Source: Candidatus Hodarchaeota archaeon (GTDB lineage Archaea > Asgardarchaeota > Lokiarchaeia > Sigyniarchaeales > SOKP01). Taken from it: a DNA stretch of 64,000 nucleotides. The notes under the pieces are model-generated. The model saw only the letters and a list, made by a program, of their open reading frames with translations. It was not told the origin of the DNA and ran no database searches. Positions 40,237 through 51,722 of the stretch are shown piece by piece. The position numbers were made by a program, and so were the translations under genes. Position 1 is the stretch's first letter. Each line of letters begins with the position of its first letter. The stretch lies in assembly GCA_048886685.1 (NCBI GenBank), contig JBHLKM010000004.1, positions 18,486 through 82,485 of the forward strand, read 5' to 3'.

Positions 40237-40722
40237 ATGACAGAGCAAATAATGGAATTAAAGGTTGGAGCAGATGCTCCAAAGTTCTGTCTTCCAGACA
40301 AAGACAATAAAGAAGTATGTTTGGATGATTTTAAAGGAAAATATATTGTTCTCTACTTCTATCCAAAAGATAATTCACCTGGTTGTACTACTGAAGCAAT
40401 AGGATTTACTGGAATTTTACCAAAACTAGAAAAATTAGATGCTGTTGTTGTTGGAGTTAGTCCAGACAGTCCTGAGTCTCATGCCAAGTTCATTGAAAAG
40501 AAGAATTTGAAGGTTATCTTACTTAGTGATGTTGATAAAAAAGTGATTAAAGAATATGGTAAATGGGCTAAGAAGAAATTTAGAGGAAAGGAATATATGG
40601 GGGTCATTCGAAGTACTTTTTTAATAGATCCAAAAGGAAAGATATCACATATATGGCCTAAGGTTTCTGTTAACGGCCATCCAGAAGATGTGCAAAAGAT
40701 TCTAACTGAATTAAAAAAATAA
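40237..40722 (+). CDS. bcp: Peroxiredoxin Q / Bcp
   Basis: YFYPKDNSPGCTTEA, GVSPD, RSTFLID. Confidence 0.92.
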   Translation: MTEQIMELKVGADAPKFCLPDKDNKEVCLDDFKGKYIVLYFYPKDNSPGCTTEAIGFTGILPKLEKLDAVVVGVSPDSPESHAKFIEKKNLKVILLSDVDKKVIKEYGKWAKKKFRGKEYMGVIRSTFLIDPKGKISHIWPKVSVNGHPEDVQKILTELKK

Positions 40723-40769
40723 CTTTTTTATTATTTTTATTTTGTCAATTAAATTTTTGCTATGAAATT

Positions 40770-41342
40770 ATGGATGTTAAAGAAGCCATTGAAAAAAGAA
40801 GAGCTTATCGATCACTCGATCCTATTATAATCGATGACAAATTAATCCAAGATTTAGCTGGAATGGTTAAAATCGCACCATCCTGTGCGAATCGGCAACC
40901 TTGGAATTATATTTTTGTAAGGGATAAAAAAATATTGAGTCAATTATTTACTACCCTTTCTGAAGGGAATAAATGGGTTGAAAAAGCTTCGATGATTATT
41001 GCTGTTTTCAGTAAACCTGAAATCGATTGTATTATAAAAGATCGTCTTTATTATTTGTTTGATACAGGAATAGCTACTGCTTTCTTAATTTTGCGTGCTA
41101 CTGAATTAGGGCTAGTTGCACACCCAATTGCAGGTTTTAATGAAAGAAAAGCAAAAGAAGTCCTACAAATTCCAGAGGAAATGAGACTTATTACCTTAGT
41201 AATCATTGGAAAACATTCAGAAGAAATAAACCCTGTTCTTTCTGATGCAATGAAATTAGGAGAAAAACAGAGGCCTCCTCGAAAACAACTAGAAGATTTC
41301 ATATTTATAAATCGTTATAACAGAAATTCTGAAGAGAAATAA
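40770..41342 (+). CDS. Nitroreductase family protein
   Basis: KRRAYR, APSCANRQPW, ATELGL. Confidence 0.9.
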   Translation: MDVKEAIEKRRAYRSLDPIIIDDKLIQDLAGMVKIAPSCANRQPWNYIFVRDKKILSQLFTTLSEGNKWVEKASMIIAVFSKPEIDCIIKDRLYYLFDTGIATAFLILRATELGLVAHPIAGFNERKAKEVLQIPEEMRLITLVIIGKHSEEINPVLSDAMKLGEKQRPPRKQLEDFIFINRYNRNSEEK

Positions 41343-41375
41343 TAAAAAAAATAAAAACAGGTAAAAATTGAACGA

Positions 41376-41942
41376 TTAAGCATTAAGTTTCTTAAGAACA
41401 TGGGCAAAATTTTTACCAAGATTCTTAAATGTTTGAATACCTTCTTTATCGTCTAATACCTCTCCAGGCATTCTCCCAATACCCATATTCCAGTACGTGC
41501 TTCCCACAACGATCATTTCCTTAATTAAGAAGAAATAATTAATACTTGAAAAAACATGATTAGCACCTGCTCTTCTCACAGCAACTACTGCGGCACCAAC
41601 CTTATGTTTTAACAGTCGGGCTGTTGCATATCCTGCTCGTTCTATTAATGCTTTGGTTGCTACCGTTAAATCAGAAAAATAAGTAGGAGAACCAATGATT
41701 ATTCCATCCGCTTTAAGCATTTTTTGGATGTAATCATTCATCTTATCTCCTTCAATAACACATCTTTGGTCATTATTTTCAACACATTTGTAACATGCAG
41801 TACATCCCTGCAATTTATCCATACCAATCCATACATATTCACATTCAATCCCGGCAGATTCTAATTCCTCTATTACCGTATTCAAACAATGATATGTGTT
41901 TCCCTCTTTTCGAGGACTTCCATTAAAAAGGACTACTTTCAA
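41376..41942 (-). CDS. Iron-sulfur flavoprotein (flavodoxin family)
   Basis: NGSPRKEGNT, CTACYKC..C, GSPTYF, RRAG. Confidence 0.9.
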   Translation of the reverse strand: MKVVLFNGSPRKEGNTYHCLNTVIEELESAGIECEYVWIGMDKLQGCTACYKCVENNDQRCVIEGDKMNDYIQKMLKADGIIIGSPTYFSDLTVATKALIERAGYATARLLKHKVGAAVVAVRRAGANHVFSSINYFFLIKEMIVVGSTYWNMGIGRMPGEVLDDKEGIQTFKNLGKNFAHVLKKLNA

Positions 41943-42105
41943 TATGGTGCACCTGAGATAAATTCTAAATTATGATTTATATAATATTATTTTTCTTATT
42001 TTTTATCTTTAGATTATTTCGAGATTAATTACATTCTTCCATGATTTATAAGCATTAGTTTGAAATTTGGACTTTATATTAATTAAATAGAACGGTGAGA
42101 ATTGG

Positions 42106-44187
42106 TTGATTAATTCAAAAATATTAAATTCAAATAAACTGATAAAAGAAAAAAGTCCTTATTTACTGCAACATGCCAATAATCCTGTGAATTGGTATCC
42201 ATGGGGAAAAGAGGCTTTTAATAAAGCTCAAAAAGAAGAAAAACCAATTTTTTTATCAATAGGGTACTCAACATGCCATTGGTGCCATGTTATGGCTCAT
42301 GAATCTTTCGAAGATGATGAAATTGCTGAATTGATGAATGAGACATTTATCTCTATTAAAGTGGACAGAGAAGAACGCCCAGACATTGATAAAGTTTATA
42401 TGACAGTATGTCAGGTGATGACAGGCTCAGGTGGATGGCCCTTAACAATAATAATGACCCCTGATAAAAAGCCATTTTTTGCAGGAACTTATTTTCCAAA
42501 AAATACAAGATTTGGACGAATTGGTTTAATAGATTTAATTAAACGCATCAAAGAATTATGGAATAACCAGAGGACTGAATTAGTGAATTCTGCTGAACAA
42601 ATCACATTTAACTTACAGAATATAGATCAAGAATCCCCAGGAGAATTATTTACAGAAGGAACGCTTAAAAAGGCTTATAAATTGTTATTGCGACAATTTG
42701 ATGAAAATAACGGTGGTTTTGGGAGCCGACCTAAATTTCCAACACCTCATAATCTAATATTTTTGCTTAGGTTTTGGAAACGTACTGATGATAAAAAGGC
42801 ATTGGAAATGGTTGAGAAAACACTACAAGCAATGAGAAAAGGCGGGATTTATGATCATATTGGCTTTGGGTTCCATCGGTATTCCACTGATTCTATTTGG
42901 CTTGTACCTCATTTTGAGAAGATGCTTTATGATCAAGCATTAATTGCTATTGCTTATATAGAGGCTTATCAAGCGACTAAAAATGAAAAATATAAGAGAA
43001 CAGCTCAAGAGATATTTACTTACGTTTTGAGAGATATGTTATCACCTGAAGGTGGATTCTATTCAGCTGAAGATGCAGATAGTGAAGGAGAAGAAGGAAA
43101 ATTCTACGTTTGGACTAAAATGGAATTAGAAAACATCCTTGAAAAGGAGGAATTTAAGCTTGTTATTAAAATTTTTAATGTGGAGGAAATTGGTAATTAT
43201 TTAGAGGAAGTGACAGGAAAAAATACTGGGAACAACATTTTACATCTGAAAAACGTCCCAGATAAATCAGTTCAAGAAAGTATAGAAAAAATTCGTATAA
43301 AATTATTTGAGGAAAGAGAAAATAGAGTCCATCCTCACAAGGATGAAAAAATATTAACTGATTGGAATGGATTGATGATCGCTGCGTTAGCTAAAGCCGC
43401 TGTGGCATTCCAAGAAAAAAAATATCTAGATGTAGCTAAAAAAGCAGCAAATTTTTTTCTAGCAAATCTAATTAATTCCAATGAAAAATTATTACATCGC
43501 TATAAAGATGGTATTTCAGAGATTAATGGTTATTTGACTGATTATGCGTTTTTTATTTGGGGATTAATCGAATTGTATGAAGCTAGTTTTGATATTTTCT
43601 ATTTAAAAACAGCTCTCAAATTACATGAAATCCAAATGAACGATTTTTGGGATGAAAATGTTGGTGGCTTTTATTATACGGCAAATGATGGAGAGAAACT
43701 ATTATTAAGACAAAAAGAAATATATGATGGAGCTATCCCTTCAGGTAATTCAATTGCAATGTTGAATATGTTAAGGTTAAGTTATATAACAGGAGATCAT
43801 GAATTAGAAGAAAAAGCAGATTTATTAAATAGAGTCTTTTCTGAAAAAATTAGATTTAATCCACTGGCTTATACTCAATTTCTGGTTGCTATAGATTATG
43901 CGATTGGACCAACATATTCTTTAGTAATTGCTGGAAATACAGCGGATAACGATACGAATTTAATGATTGAGATTGTAAGAGAAGAATATATCCCTAATAA
44001 AGTAATCCTATTAAGGAAAACTGGACAATCGGTTCCTGATATCGATAATTTATCTAATTTTGTAGAATTTTTTACTAACCTCGAAGAAAAAGCGACAGCT
44101 TATGTTTGTATTAACAAAACTTGTAAACCTCCAACCCATGATACTAAAAAGATGATTGATTATATGCAATCTAATTGGAATAAATAA
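42106..44187 (+). CDS. YyaL/SPATA20-like thioredoxin + alpha/alpha barrel protein
   Basis: [49 protein letters not shown]. Confidence 0.93.
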   Translation: MINSKILNSNKLIKEKSPYLLQHANNPVNWYPWGKEAFNKAQKEEKPIFLSIGYSTCHWCHVMAHESFEDDEIAELMNETFISIKVDREERPDIDKVYMTVCQVMTGSGGWPLTIIMTPDKKPFFAGTYFPKNTRFGRIGLIDLIKRIKELWNNQRTELVNSAEQITFNLQNIDQESPGELFTEGTLKKAYKLLLRQFDENNGGFGSRPKFPTPHNLIFLLRFWKRTDDKKALEMVEKTLQAMRKGGIYDHIGFGFHRYSTDSIWLVPHFEKMLYDQALIAIAYIEAYQATKNEKYKRTAQEIFTYVLRDMLSPEGGFYSAEDADSEGEEGKFYVWTKMELENILEKEEFKLVIKIFNVEEIGNYLEEVTGKNTGNNILHLKNVPDKSVQESIEKIRIKLFEERENRVHPHKDEKILTDWNGLMIAALAKAAVAFQEKKYLDVAKKAANFFLANLINSNEKLLHRYKDGISEINGYLTDYAFFIWGLIELYEASFDIFYLKTALKLHEIQMNDFWDENVGGFYYTANDGEKLLLRQKEIYDGAIPSGNSIAMLNMLRLSYITGDHELEEKADLLNRVFSEKIRFNPLAYTQFLVAIDYAIGPTYSLVIAGNTADNDTNLMIEIVREEYIPNKVILLRKTGQSVPDIDNLSNFVEFFTNLEEKATAYVCINKTCKPPTHDTKKMIDYMQSNWNK

Positions 44188-44188
44188 T

Positions 44189-44602
44189 TTAAATTCCGAA
44201 TTTTTCTATTTTTTGATTTACCAGTTCTTTTAATTCATCTATTTTTTTAACCACATTCATCTCCTTCTGAGATATGAATAATTCTAAACCAGTTTTGTTA
44301 AGAAGGTAAGCTGAGGGGAATTTTGCATCTTTTACATCATATTTCTGATCGAACTCATCTTTATGTAAGAATTCAAACTTAAATTTGTCTTTTTTTTTAA
44401 ATTCAACGGGTACATCAAGATCATTTACAAAATTTTTCCATTCCTTTTTCATGCCAAAAGCTCCAAAGGTTACTTGACAAAGATTACATTGATAAGTGCT
44501 TTTTCTAAAGGTTTTATGGAGAGTGTCTTTTAATCCAGTATAAAAACCTCCAGAATCAGCATTATAAACAAAAATTAATTTTTTTTCTATTTCTTCACTC
44601 AT
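44189..44602 (-). CDS. Small CxxC protein (VYNADS family), tandem paralog
   Basis: FVYNADSG, CNLC, FLHKDEF. Confidence 0.75.
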   Translation of the reverse strand: MSEEIEKKLIFVYNADSGGFYTGLKDTLHKTFRKSTYQCNLCQVTFGAFGMKKEWKNFVNDLDVPVEFKKKDKFKFEFLHKDEFDQKYDVKDAKFPSAYLLNKTGLELFISQKEMNVVKKIDELKELVNQKIEKFGI

Positions 44603-44753
44603 TTTGAATCAAGTCGTTTTTTAATTATATTTATTTAGGAATATCTTAAATTTTTAATTTGTAGGTTATAAACCATAAATTTGGCTCTAATTGAATCATA
44701 ATTAATAGAGAAAATAAAAAATTTGAACTTTCTAGAATAAATTATTGTCTCTA

Positions 44754-45143
44754 CTATGCAGCAACTTGAGAAGGATAGTAAAATTTATTGATTTTACTTA
44801 GAACTATCGCCTCCATCTCATCTAAATTCTTTACAGAATTCATTTCTTCTTGTGAAATTAATATTGATAAGTTACCACCCTCATTAAGATAAGCAGAAGG
44901 ATATTTGGCATTTCTAAACTCATATTTCTTTTCAAATTCATCCCTATGCAGAAATTCTGTATCAATATTTAGATTGTTAATAAATTTTTTCCAGTCTTTT
45001 TTCATTGAGAAAGCTCCATAAGTAACCCCGCATAAACGACATTGATATGATCCTGGTCGTAGAATTTTCTTCCAAAAATCCTTAACTAAACTGATTACAT
45101 CTGAATCAGCATTATAAACAAAAACTAATTTCTTATCATTCAT
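44754..45143 (-). CDS. Small CxxC protein (VYNADS family), tandem paralog
   Basis: FVYNADS, CRLC, FLHRDEF. Confidence 0.75.
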   Translation of the reverse strand: MNDKKLVFVYNADSDVISLVKDFWKKILRPGSYQCRLCGVTYGAFSMKKDWKKFINNLNIDTEFLHRDEFEKKYEFRNAKYPSAYLNEGGNLSILISQEEMNSVKNLDEMEAIVLSKINKFYYPSQVAA

Positions 45144-45325
45144 TTTAAACCACGTGAAAATACCATTTCGCTATAAGTTAAGCAGTAAATTAAGAATTTT
45201 AATCTGTTTATTATCTAAAATAAATCTACATGTACATTAAACAAAAAAATATATGGAAAAGTGAAGAATAACTATTATTTTATTAATAATAGTTAACAAA
45301 AAAGAAAAAGATGAACTAACAGAAA

Positions 45326-45721
45326 TTAAGCTTTTAAATACAATTCCTTAATGTTTTCCATTCTTTTTCTATTTACTCCAAGATCAGAATAACCTAATCG
45401 AGCAGCAGATCGAAAGTGAATGATCTTTTCTGTATCATCAAAAAAAAATTCAACATCGTCAACAAATCGCCACACCGCGGTTCTAAATTCAATATGTAGA
45501 TAATTTTCTGTTTCAGTAATAATTTTTGAGCGTTTTAATGACTTTATTATGGTGATAATTTTTGATTTTGCCTCTTCTAAACCGCCTTCATATTTTATTG
45601 GTTCTATCTTATGTTTTTCATCAGAACTTTGGGTGGAAACACAATTAGGAGATTTAGGGCATGGATGAAATTTACCATCAATTAAACCTATTCTTTTTGG
45701 TTTTTTCGTCATAATTACCAC
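45326..45721 (-). CDS. DUF1499 family protein
   Basis: PCPKSPNCVSTQ, FVDDVEF, RSAARLGYSDLGVNRKR. Confidence 0.9.
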   Translation of the reverse strand: MVIMTKKPKRIGLIDGKFHPCPKSPNCVSTQSSDEKHKIEPIKYEGGLEEAKSKIITIIKSLKRSKIITETENYLHIEFRTAVWRFVDDVEFFFDDTEKIIHFRSAARLGYSDLGVNRKRMENIKELYLKA

Positions 45722-45810
45722 TTAAGAATTAGAATTAACTAAATAACTTATATCTGAATAATATAAATAAATTTGCTTTATAAATTCAAAAATCTTAATT
45801 CCTAGTTTTT

Positions 45811-47118
45811 TTATACATCAAGAATATCTTTGATATCAGCATTAATTTTTGAAGGATCAAAATAAGTAGTTCTGCCCGTTTCTAAAAAGGCATTTATCTC
45901 ATCTTTGTATCTATCCTCAAAATCCTCTAGGAAATATGAAAGCCTCTCTTTTAAACTTTTATAAGCTGGTTTTGAAAGGATTAGGGCACATTTGATCCAT
46001 TTGCCGTACGCGGCATGAATAGAAAATCCTTTGTAGCTTATCTCGTCCATAGCTTCTGAACCTCCTATTTCAGATACAAACGAATCCATAGCACTTAAAA
46101 ATCCAGAAATTAATTCCTGATCTACCCCCAAATCTTCACGAGAGTAAGTGATTACAGGTAATCCTGATTTCTTATCTATCACTAATAAGGTTCTAAAAAT
46201 CTCTCGATATCTTGGCTTTCTAACCAAGGATTCTTCACGTTCTAGAGCCACTTCTCTGGGTAAGATTTCATACATTACAAATTTTTTTGGATTATATGAA
46301 TTTGATTCACTAAATTCATAATTTGAAATTTTACTTAAGCGTGATTGGGCTCTTATCGGCTCTCGAGGGAGTTTTTTGATGTATTGATCTCTAATTTCTG
46401 TATCATAATCTTTCGATTTTTTACCTTTGGTGATCCCTAAAACTCTTTGGTGAATTGGATCTACAACATAAAACCAGACATTTATTTTTTCCATATCAGA
46501 TATAAGTCTTTCGAATCCGATATTATAGACTCCTCTAGGTGTAGTGACAAACACAGTCCATATTGCAACTTTTGAGGCCTCATTCAATAAATAAAAGGTA
46601 TTTTTGTATTCTTCTTCGGTCATTTGCGACCCTGTTCTTACAAAAACAGCCTCAGTTCTTAACATTGGCTTTTTTTTGATTAAGTATAAATCACAGTTAT
46701 ATTTTTTTTCATTAATACTAGATGCATCATAAACATCTATACCCAAATCAGCACAGTAATCAGCAAAAACATCAATTAAGTCATATTTTGCAATAAAATC
46801 AAATCGTGATAAATATTTTTTGATCTTTTCATCTTTAAAAAGCATATCAGCGATGAAAGCTAAGCAAGTTGGGAAAAGTTGTTGAAGCTCTTTAATTTCC
46901 CGATATTTATTATAAAAATGAATACTAATATAATCAAGATAGTCTAATTTAGAAAGTTCTTTATCTTTTGGGATTTCTATTCTATTAGTTTCTATAAAAT
47001 CCTCAATTTCCTTGAAACGTGTCCTTACTATTAAACAGTTTAAACAAAGTATCCCAAATTTGTTCTCATTTTCTTGACGAATAATCTCAAGGATATCTTC
47101 TTGACTTTGTGAACTCAT
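45811..47118 (-). CDS. Hypothetical protein with C-terminal longin-like domain
   Basis: LLVIDKKSGLPV..DQELISGFLSAMDSFVSEI..FEDRY pattern in the last ~125 aa. Confidence 0.65.
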   Translation of the reverse strand: MSSQSQEDILEIIRQENENKFGILCLNCLIVRTRFKEIEDFIETNRIEIPKDKELSKLDYLDYISIHFYNKYREIKELQQLFPTCLAFIADMLFKDEKIKKYLSRFDFIAKYDLIDVFADYCADLGIDVYDASSINEKKYNCDLYLIKKKPMLRTEAVFVRTGSQMTEEEYKNTFYLLNEASKVAIWTVFVTTPRGVYNIGFERLISDMEKINVWFYVVDPIHQRVLGITKGKKSKDYDTEIRDQYIKKLPREPIRAQSRLSKISNYEFSESNSYNPKKFVMYEILPREVALEREESLVRKPRYREIFRTLLVIDKKSGLPVITYSREDLGVDQELISGFLSAMDSFVSEIGGSEAMDEISYKGFSIHAAYGKWIKCALILSKPAYKSLKERLSYFLEDFEDRYKDEINAFLETGRTTYFDPSKINADIKDILDV

Positions 47119-47203
47119 AATGATTATTATGATATATGGATTTTAAAAGATTTGTCTTTAATTTTAGTAATTTAAGTTTTTTATCTTAAAGATATTAATT
47201 ATT

Positions 47204-47839
47204 TTAATTATTTTTATTCTTAAATAAATGATAAGCATCTCTTAATCGGAACAGTGCTGTTAATAAGACTAGGAAAGCAAAAATCCATAAGATAATATTT
47301 CTCCATGGAATCAAAACTGTCAATAATACTAAGAATATTAATGTTTCAGATCTCTCCATTATACCGGATTGATAATATATCACTTTTTTTGTTGTATCCA
47401 AATCTTCGGTTTTCACACTCCCACCAACTAATAAAAAAATTGTAATACATAATATGATGGAACTAAGAGAAAGAATTCCAGGCCACATTAAAGTTATAGG
47501 ATCTACAGAAATAATTGAAATAATAATTAAGACTTCTACCGTTCTATCACTAAAAATATCGAGTATTCCACCTAAAATGGTAGTTCCTTGTAATCTTGCT
47601 AAAGAACCGTCTAAAATGTCTAAAAAAAAGGAAAGAATTATTAAAGAAACAGCACATATTATCAATTCTATTTCCCAAATTAATAATCCACTCAAAAAAA
47701 TAAAGAAGGCTCCTAAAGAACCTGTAATAAAGGCTAATAATGTGATTGTATTCGATGAAACTCTTTCAAATAATAATTTTCTAGCAAATTTCTCAAAAAA
47801 TCTATTTAATTTGGTTTTCGAGAGCCATTTATCAATCAT
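47204..47839 (-). CDS. CDP-alcohol phosphatidyltransferase
   Basis: DILDGSLAR...GGILDIFSDR signature. Confidence 0.9.
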   Translation of the reverse strand: MIDKWLSKTKLNRFFEKFARKLLFERVSSNTITLLAFITGSLGAFFIFLSGLLIWEIELIICAVSLIILSFFLDILDGSLARLQGTTILGGILDIFSDRTVEVLIIISIISVDPITLMWPGILSLSSIILCITIFLLVGGSVKTEDLDTTKKVIYYQSGIMERSETLIFLVLLTVLIPWRNIILWIFAFLVLLTALFRLRDAYHLFKNKNN

Positions 47840-47904
47840 TTAACTAAATATTTTATATTTGGATTAAAATTTAAAAATTAGGTAAAAGAGTAGATAAATA
47901 TTCT

Positions 47905-49902
47905 TTATAACCTTCCAGTTATAATCGAATAAATTTGTTCGGCAGTAAATCCTTTAATATCTATCGCTGAGCATCTACAATTACCTGAACAGGCACCACA
48001 TCCTTTACATAGAGCTTCATTAATTTTTGCTATTGTACCTAATCGTTTATCATCAACAAGTTCAATTGCTCCATAAGCACAATTCTCTACGCACATTCCA
48101 CAGCCAATACAACGTTCTGCGCGAACTACCGCAAAGAACGGTTCAACTTCTACTTCACCTTGAGCCATCAACGCAGAGGCACTTGAAGCAGCTCCTTTAG
48201 CCTGAGCAACAGCATCTGGAATATCTTTTGGTCCTTGGGCCACACCAGCAATAAAAATTCCTTCTGTTAAAGTGTCTACAGGGCGTAATTTAGGATGAGC
48301 TTCTAAAAAGAATCCATCTGCTGATCTTTGAATTCTTAATAGAGAAGTTATAATATCTGCATCAGCTCGAGGTTCTAAACCACAAGATAAAACAAATAAA
48401 TCTACTGTTAGTTCAATAGGTTGTTGTAGTAAAGTATCTTCAGCTCTTATGATAATATTATGATCATCATCTTCGGTTACCTCTGCTATTCTACCTCTCA
48501 TATAATTGATTCCGTAATTGCGTCCTGCTGATTCATAAAATTCTTCATAACCTTTTCCAAAAGCTCGAATATCCATATAGAATATGTAAACATCGGCATT
48601 AGGATGTTTTTCTTTATATTGTCTTGCTTGTTTAGTAGCATACATGCAACAAACTCTTGAACAATATTGATTTCCTCCCTCTCTAAAATTTCGACTTCCT
48701 ACACATTGAAGGAAAGCAATACTATGAGGTTCTTTCAGATCAGATGGTCTTACAGGTTTTCCTACCACTGGTCCAAAAGAACTTAATAATCGTTCCATTT
48801 GAAGCCCTGTAATGACATTGGGATATTTTCCATATCCATATTGTTTTAATTCCGTAGGATCATATAAATCCCATCCTGTAGCAACTATTATTGTTCCTAC
48901 TTTAATTTTAATTTCTTCGGGTTCTTCATCATAAATAATTGCCTCAGGTTCACAAACATCTTGCCTCGCACATATTCCGCATTTTATACAATTATCCATA
49001 TCTATAGTATATTGACCCGGAACAGCTTGAGGAAACGGAATATAAATTGCTTTACGAGTAGCTAATCCTAAATCAAATTCATTTCCTACTATAACTGGAC
49101 AATAATCAACACAAATTCCACATCCAGTACATTTTTCTTGATCTACGTAATGAGGTTTCTTTAAGATAGTAACATCAAAATTCCCGATATACCCAGAGAC
49201 TTCTACTACTTCAGAATAAGTGAGAAGTTCGATATTTTTCTCACGTGAAACTTCTGACATTTTTGGAGTTAAGATACAACTACTACAATCCATTGTGGGA
49301 AAAGTTTTGTCTAATTGTGCCATATGACCGCCAATCGTAGGTGTTTTTTCAACTAGATACACTTTATAGCCTTCTGTAGCCAGATCCAAAGCAGCATTCA
49401 TTCCAGCAATACCACCTCCAATTATTAAACACGAGGGCTCTACTTTTACTTTCTGAACTTCCAAAGGGACTAACTCTCTTGCCTTCGCGACAGCCATCCT
49501 AATATGATCTTTTGCAGTTTCATATGCTCCGTCTGGTTCTTTCATATGAACCCATGTGGAGTGTTCTCTAATATTTGCCATTTCAAATAAGAATTGGTTT
49601 AATCCTGCTTCCCTACAGGCTATTCTAAAAGTAGGTTCATGCATCCTTGGAGAACAAGCAGCAACGACAACTCTATTTACTTTACCTGCTTCAATGTCTT
49701 CTTTAATCATCTTTTGTCCTACATCAGAGCAGAAAAATTTATATTCTTGGGCGACCTCTACATTGGGTAAAGTTTTTACATACTCTAATAAATCAGGAAC
49801 AGAAACAACGCCACCAATATTTACGCCACAGTGGCAAATATATACACCAATTTTAGGTCTTTCATTTCCTGTAACTTTAATTTCTTTTTTAATTTCTGTC
49901 AT
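47905..49902 (-). CDS. hdrA: Heterodisulfide reductase subunit A (Cys form)
   Basis: CHCG, ACSPRMHE, GGGIAG, KTFPTMDCSSC, CSRVCCMY, ferredoxin motifs. Confidence 0.95.
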   Translation of the reverse strand: MTEIKKEIKVTGNERPKIGVYICHCGVNIGGVVSVPDLLEYVKTLPNVEVAQEYKFFCSDVGQKMIKEDIEAGKVNRVVVAACSPRMHEPTFRIACREAGLNQFLFEMANIREHSTWVHMKEPDGAYETAKDHIRMAVAKARELVPLEVQKVKVEPSCLIIGGGIAGMNAALDLATEGYKVYLVEKTPTIGGHMAQLDKTFPTMDCSSCILTPKMSEVSREKNIELLTYSEVVEVSGYIGNFDVTILKKPHYVDQEKCTGCGICVDYCPVIVGNEFDLGLATRKAIYIPFPQAVPGQYTIDMDNCIKCGICARQDVCEPEAIIYDEEPEEIKIKVGTIIVATGWDLYDPTELKQYGYGKYPNVITGLQMERLLSSFGPVVGKPVRPSDLKEPHSIAFLQCVGSRNFREGGNQYCSRVCCMYATKQARQYKEKHPNADVYIFYMDIRAFGKGYEEFYESAGRNYGINYMRGRIAEVTEDDDHNIIIRAEDTLLQQPIELTVDLFVLSCGLEPRADADIITSLLRIQRSADGFFLEAHPKLRPVDTLTEGIFIAGVAQGPKDIPDAVAQAKGAASSASALMAQGEVEVEPFFAVVRAERCIGCGMCVENCAYGAIELVDDKRLGTIAKINEALCKGCGACSGNCRCSAIDIKGFTAEQIYSIITGRL

Positions 49903-49915
49903 TTTATTTTCTTAC

Positions 49916-50866
49916 CTATATTAATTGTTCTTTAACACTATTTAAGAATGGATCTATAGGAATAAAAGGAGAAACCCCTTGTAATTCATGGTTTTTTATC
50001 AAACCTAATAAATTGGGATCCATTCCAAAAGCAACACCTAAGAGTTGGGTTATATATATTACAGGAATTTTGAATGGTTCACCAATAATATTTCCATAAA
50101 TATTGTTTACTTCCATTTGGCCAAGATCTAATTGAAGATGACAAAACGGGCAACAATCAACAATAATATCTACTCCTGCATCTCTCATATTAGTTAGTTT
50201 TTCTCTAGTAAAATCAGCTGCGACTTCTTTGACAGCTGTTCTAACAGCTCCACCAGCACCGCAACACATATACTTATCTTTATAATTTACACTTTTGGCT
50301 CCAGTGATCTCAACAATTTCATCAAGAAATCTTGGTTCTTCATATTCACCTTGCCAAGGTCTTTTATCACTTGGTTTTACGATGTGGCATCCATAATGAA
50401 CAGCGACCTTTAAATCTGAAAATTTTAGCTTGATATGATCTTTTAAATAATCTAGTCCCATATCAAGATATAGAGCTTGAACAATGTGTTTTGGCTCAAG
50501 ATTCCCTTTATATACACGATTAATCTTAGCTAGGTATTTATTAACTTCTTTTTTTAATTCAAACTCATGTTCAAGTTCATACCATGCGTCTCTTAAGGTT
50601 CCATAGCATCCATTGCATCCAGTAATAGGATTTACTCCTATTTCTTCTGCAATAGAAATATTTCTAGCAGCAATTACGAGCCAAGTAGGAATATGAAATG
50701 CTCTAAAAACACCTGGAGCAGGACAACATGAGGCTCCTGGTAAATCCAAAATTTCAGCATCAAGGTGATCAAAAACACTTCTAATAGAGGCTTCAATCAT
50801 AGGATAACGGTTAGGAATCACACATCCTAAAAATAAACCATATCTCCATTTATAATTCTCACTCAT
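49916..50866 (-). CDS. hdrB: Heterodisulfide reductase subunit B
   Basis: GC..CCPAPG..CNGC; HYGCH..CCGAGG..CPFCHLQ. Confidence 0.93.
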   Translation of the reverse strand: MSENYKWRYGLFLGCVIPNRYPMIEASIRSVFDHLDAEILDLPGASCCPAPGVFRAFHIPTWLVIAARNISIAEEIGVNPITGCNGCYGTLRDAWYELEHEFELKKEVNKYLAKINRVYKGNLEPKHIVQALYLDMGLDYLKDHIKLKFSDLKVAVHYGCHIVKPSDKRPWQGEYEEPRFLDEIVEITGAKSVNYKDKYMCCGAGGAVRTAVKEVAADFTREKLTNMRDAGVDIIVDCCPFCHLQLDLGQMEVNNIYGNIIGEPFKIPVIYITQLLGVAFGMDPNLLGLIKNHELQGVSPFIPIDPFLNSVKEQLI

Positions 50867-50868
50867 CT

Positions 50869-51471
50869 TTACTCCTCCTTGTTTTCGTTCTCTTTCTTTG
50901 ATCTCTCTTCTTTTAATTTAGCTGCATTATCCATTAATTTTCGAAAACCCACTTCTTTCATCAAGGTTTGACACTCCTTTACAGCTTCAGGATAAGAATG
51001 AACTGTCGGTGGTAATGGTGGTAAACCATAAGATTCTCTTAGGTCTCTCCATCTTTTATTATTTTCACCATTGGCAGGAACACCATGTCCAGTAGCATAA
51101 AAAATGTTATTAGCTAATCCAAAGTGAGGATCTAAAATATAACCTTCCTCAACAGCTATATTTCTAAGTTTAATAATCATATCTGTTACAGGAATATTTC
51201 TAGGACATCGTTCATAACAATAATAACAGGTTGAACAAAGCCAAATATCTATATCTTTTAAAACAGATTCATCTCCAGTTAAAGCCCTTCTTATGGCAGA
51301 TCTTGTGCGATATGCTGTCCTCCTCCCTGATGGGCATCCTCCAGTACATGTACCACAATTTATACATGCCCTTAATTTCTCTAAGCCCGCGTCAACAAAT
51401 TTTTGTGCAATTCTTGAACTTGTGGACTTATAAACTTTTCTTTTAATATACTTTTCTACATTATCGCTCAT
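50869..51471 (-). CDS. hdrC: Heterodisulfide reductase subunit C
   Basis: CINCGTCTGGCPS, CSTCYYCYERCPR, TGHGVP. Confidence 0.93.
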   Translation of the reverse strand: MSDNVEKYIKRKVYKSTSSRIAQKFVDAGLEKLRACINCGTCTGGCPSGRRTAYRTRSAIRRALTGDESVLKDIDIWLCSTCYYCYERCPRNIPVTDMIIKLRNIAVEEGYILDPHFGLANNIFYATGHGVPANGENNKRWRDLRESYGLPPLPPTVHSYPEAVKECQTLMKEVGFRKLMDNAAKLKEERSKKENENKEE

Positions 51472-51722
51472 ATTTATTTCGAATCTCGTTTACAATTTTA
51501 AATTAGATTTGCGATTTTGTAAAAAACAAGATATTTACTTACTGTATTTGATCAAACAAAATCATTGATAATCTTATGAAGGTAAAAGTATTTTTCTTAA
51601 AAAAATTTGTTATCGATACTTAATAACTAAATTTATTTTAACAGTTATTTGTTATATTTTACATTTTTATAAAGAAAAGCAAACTTGCTAAAATTTTAAG
51701 CTAGATCTTTTTGTTTATTGAT

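Noticed and set aside
47905-49902. Selenocysteine recoding in HdrA (and FwdB at 28819..30144)
   Set aside because: Both ORFs are uninterrupted, with Cys at the positions that are Sec in some archaea (DCSSCIL, SVCHGP). I saw no in-frame TGA or convincing SECIS.
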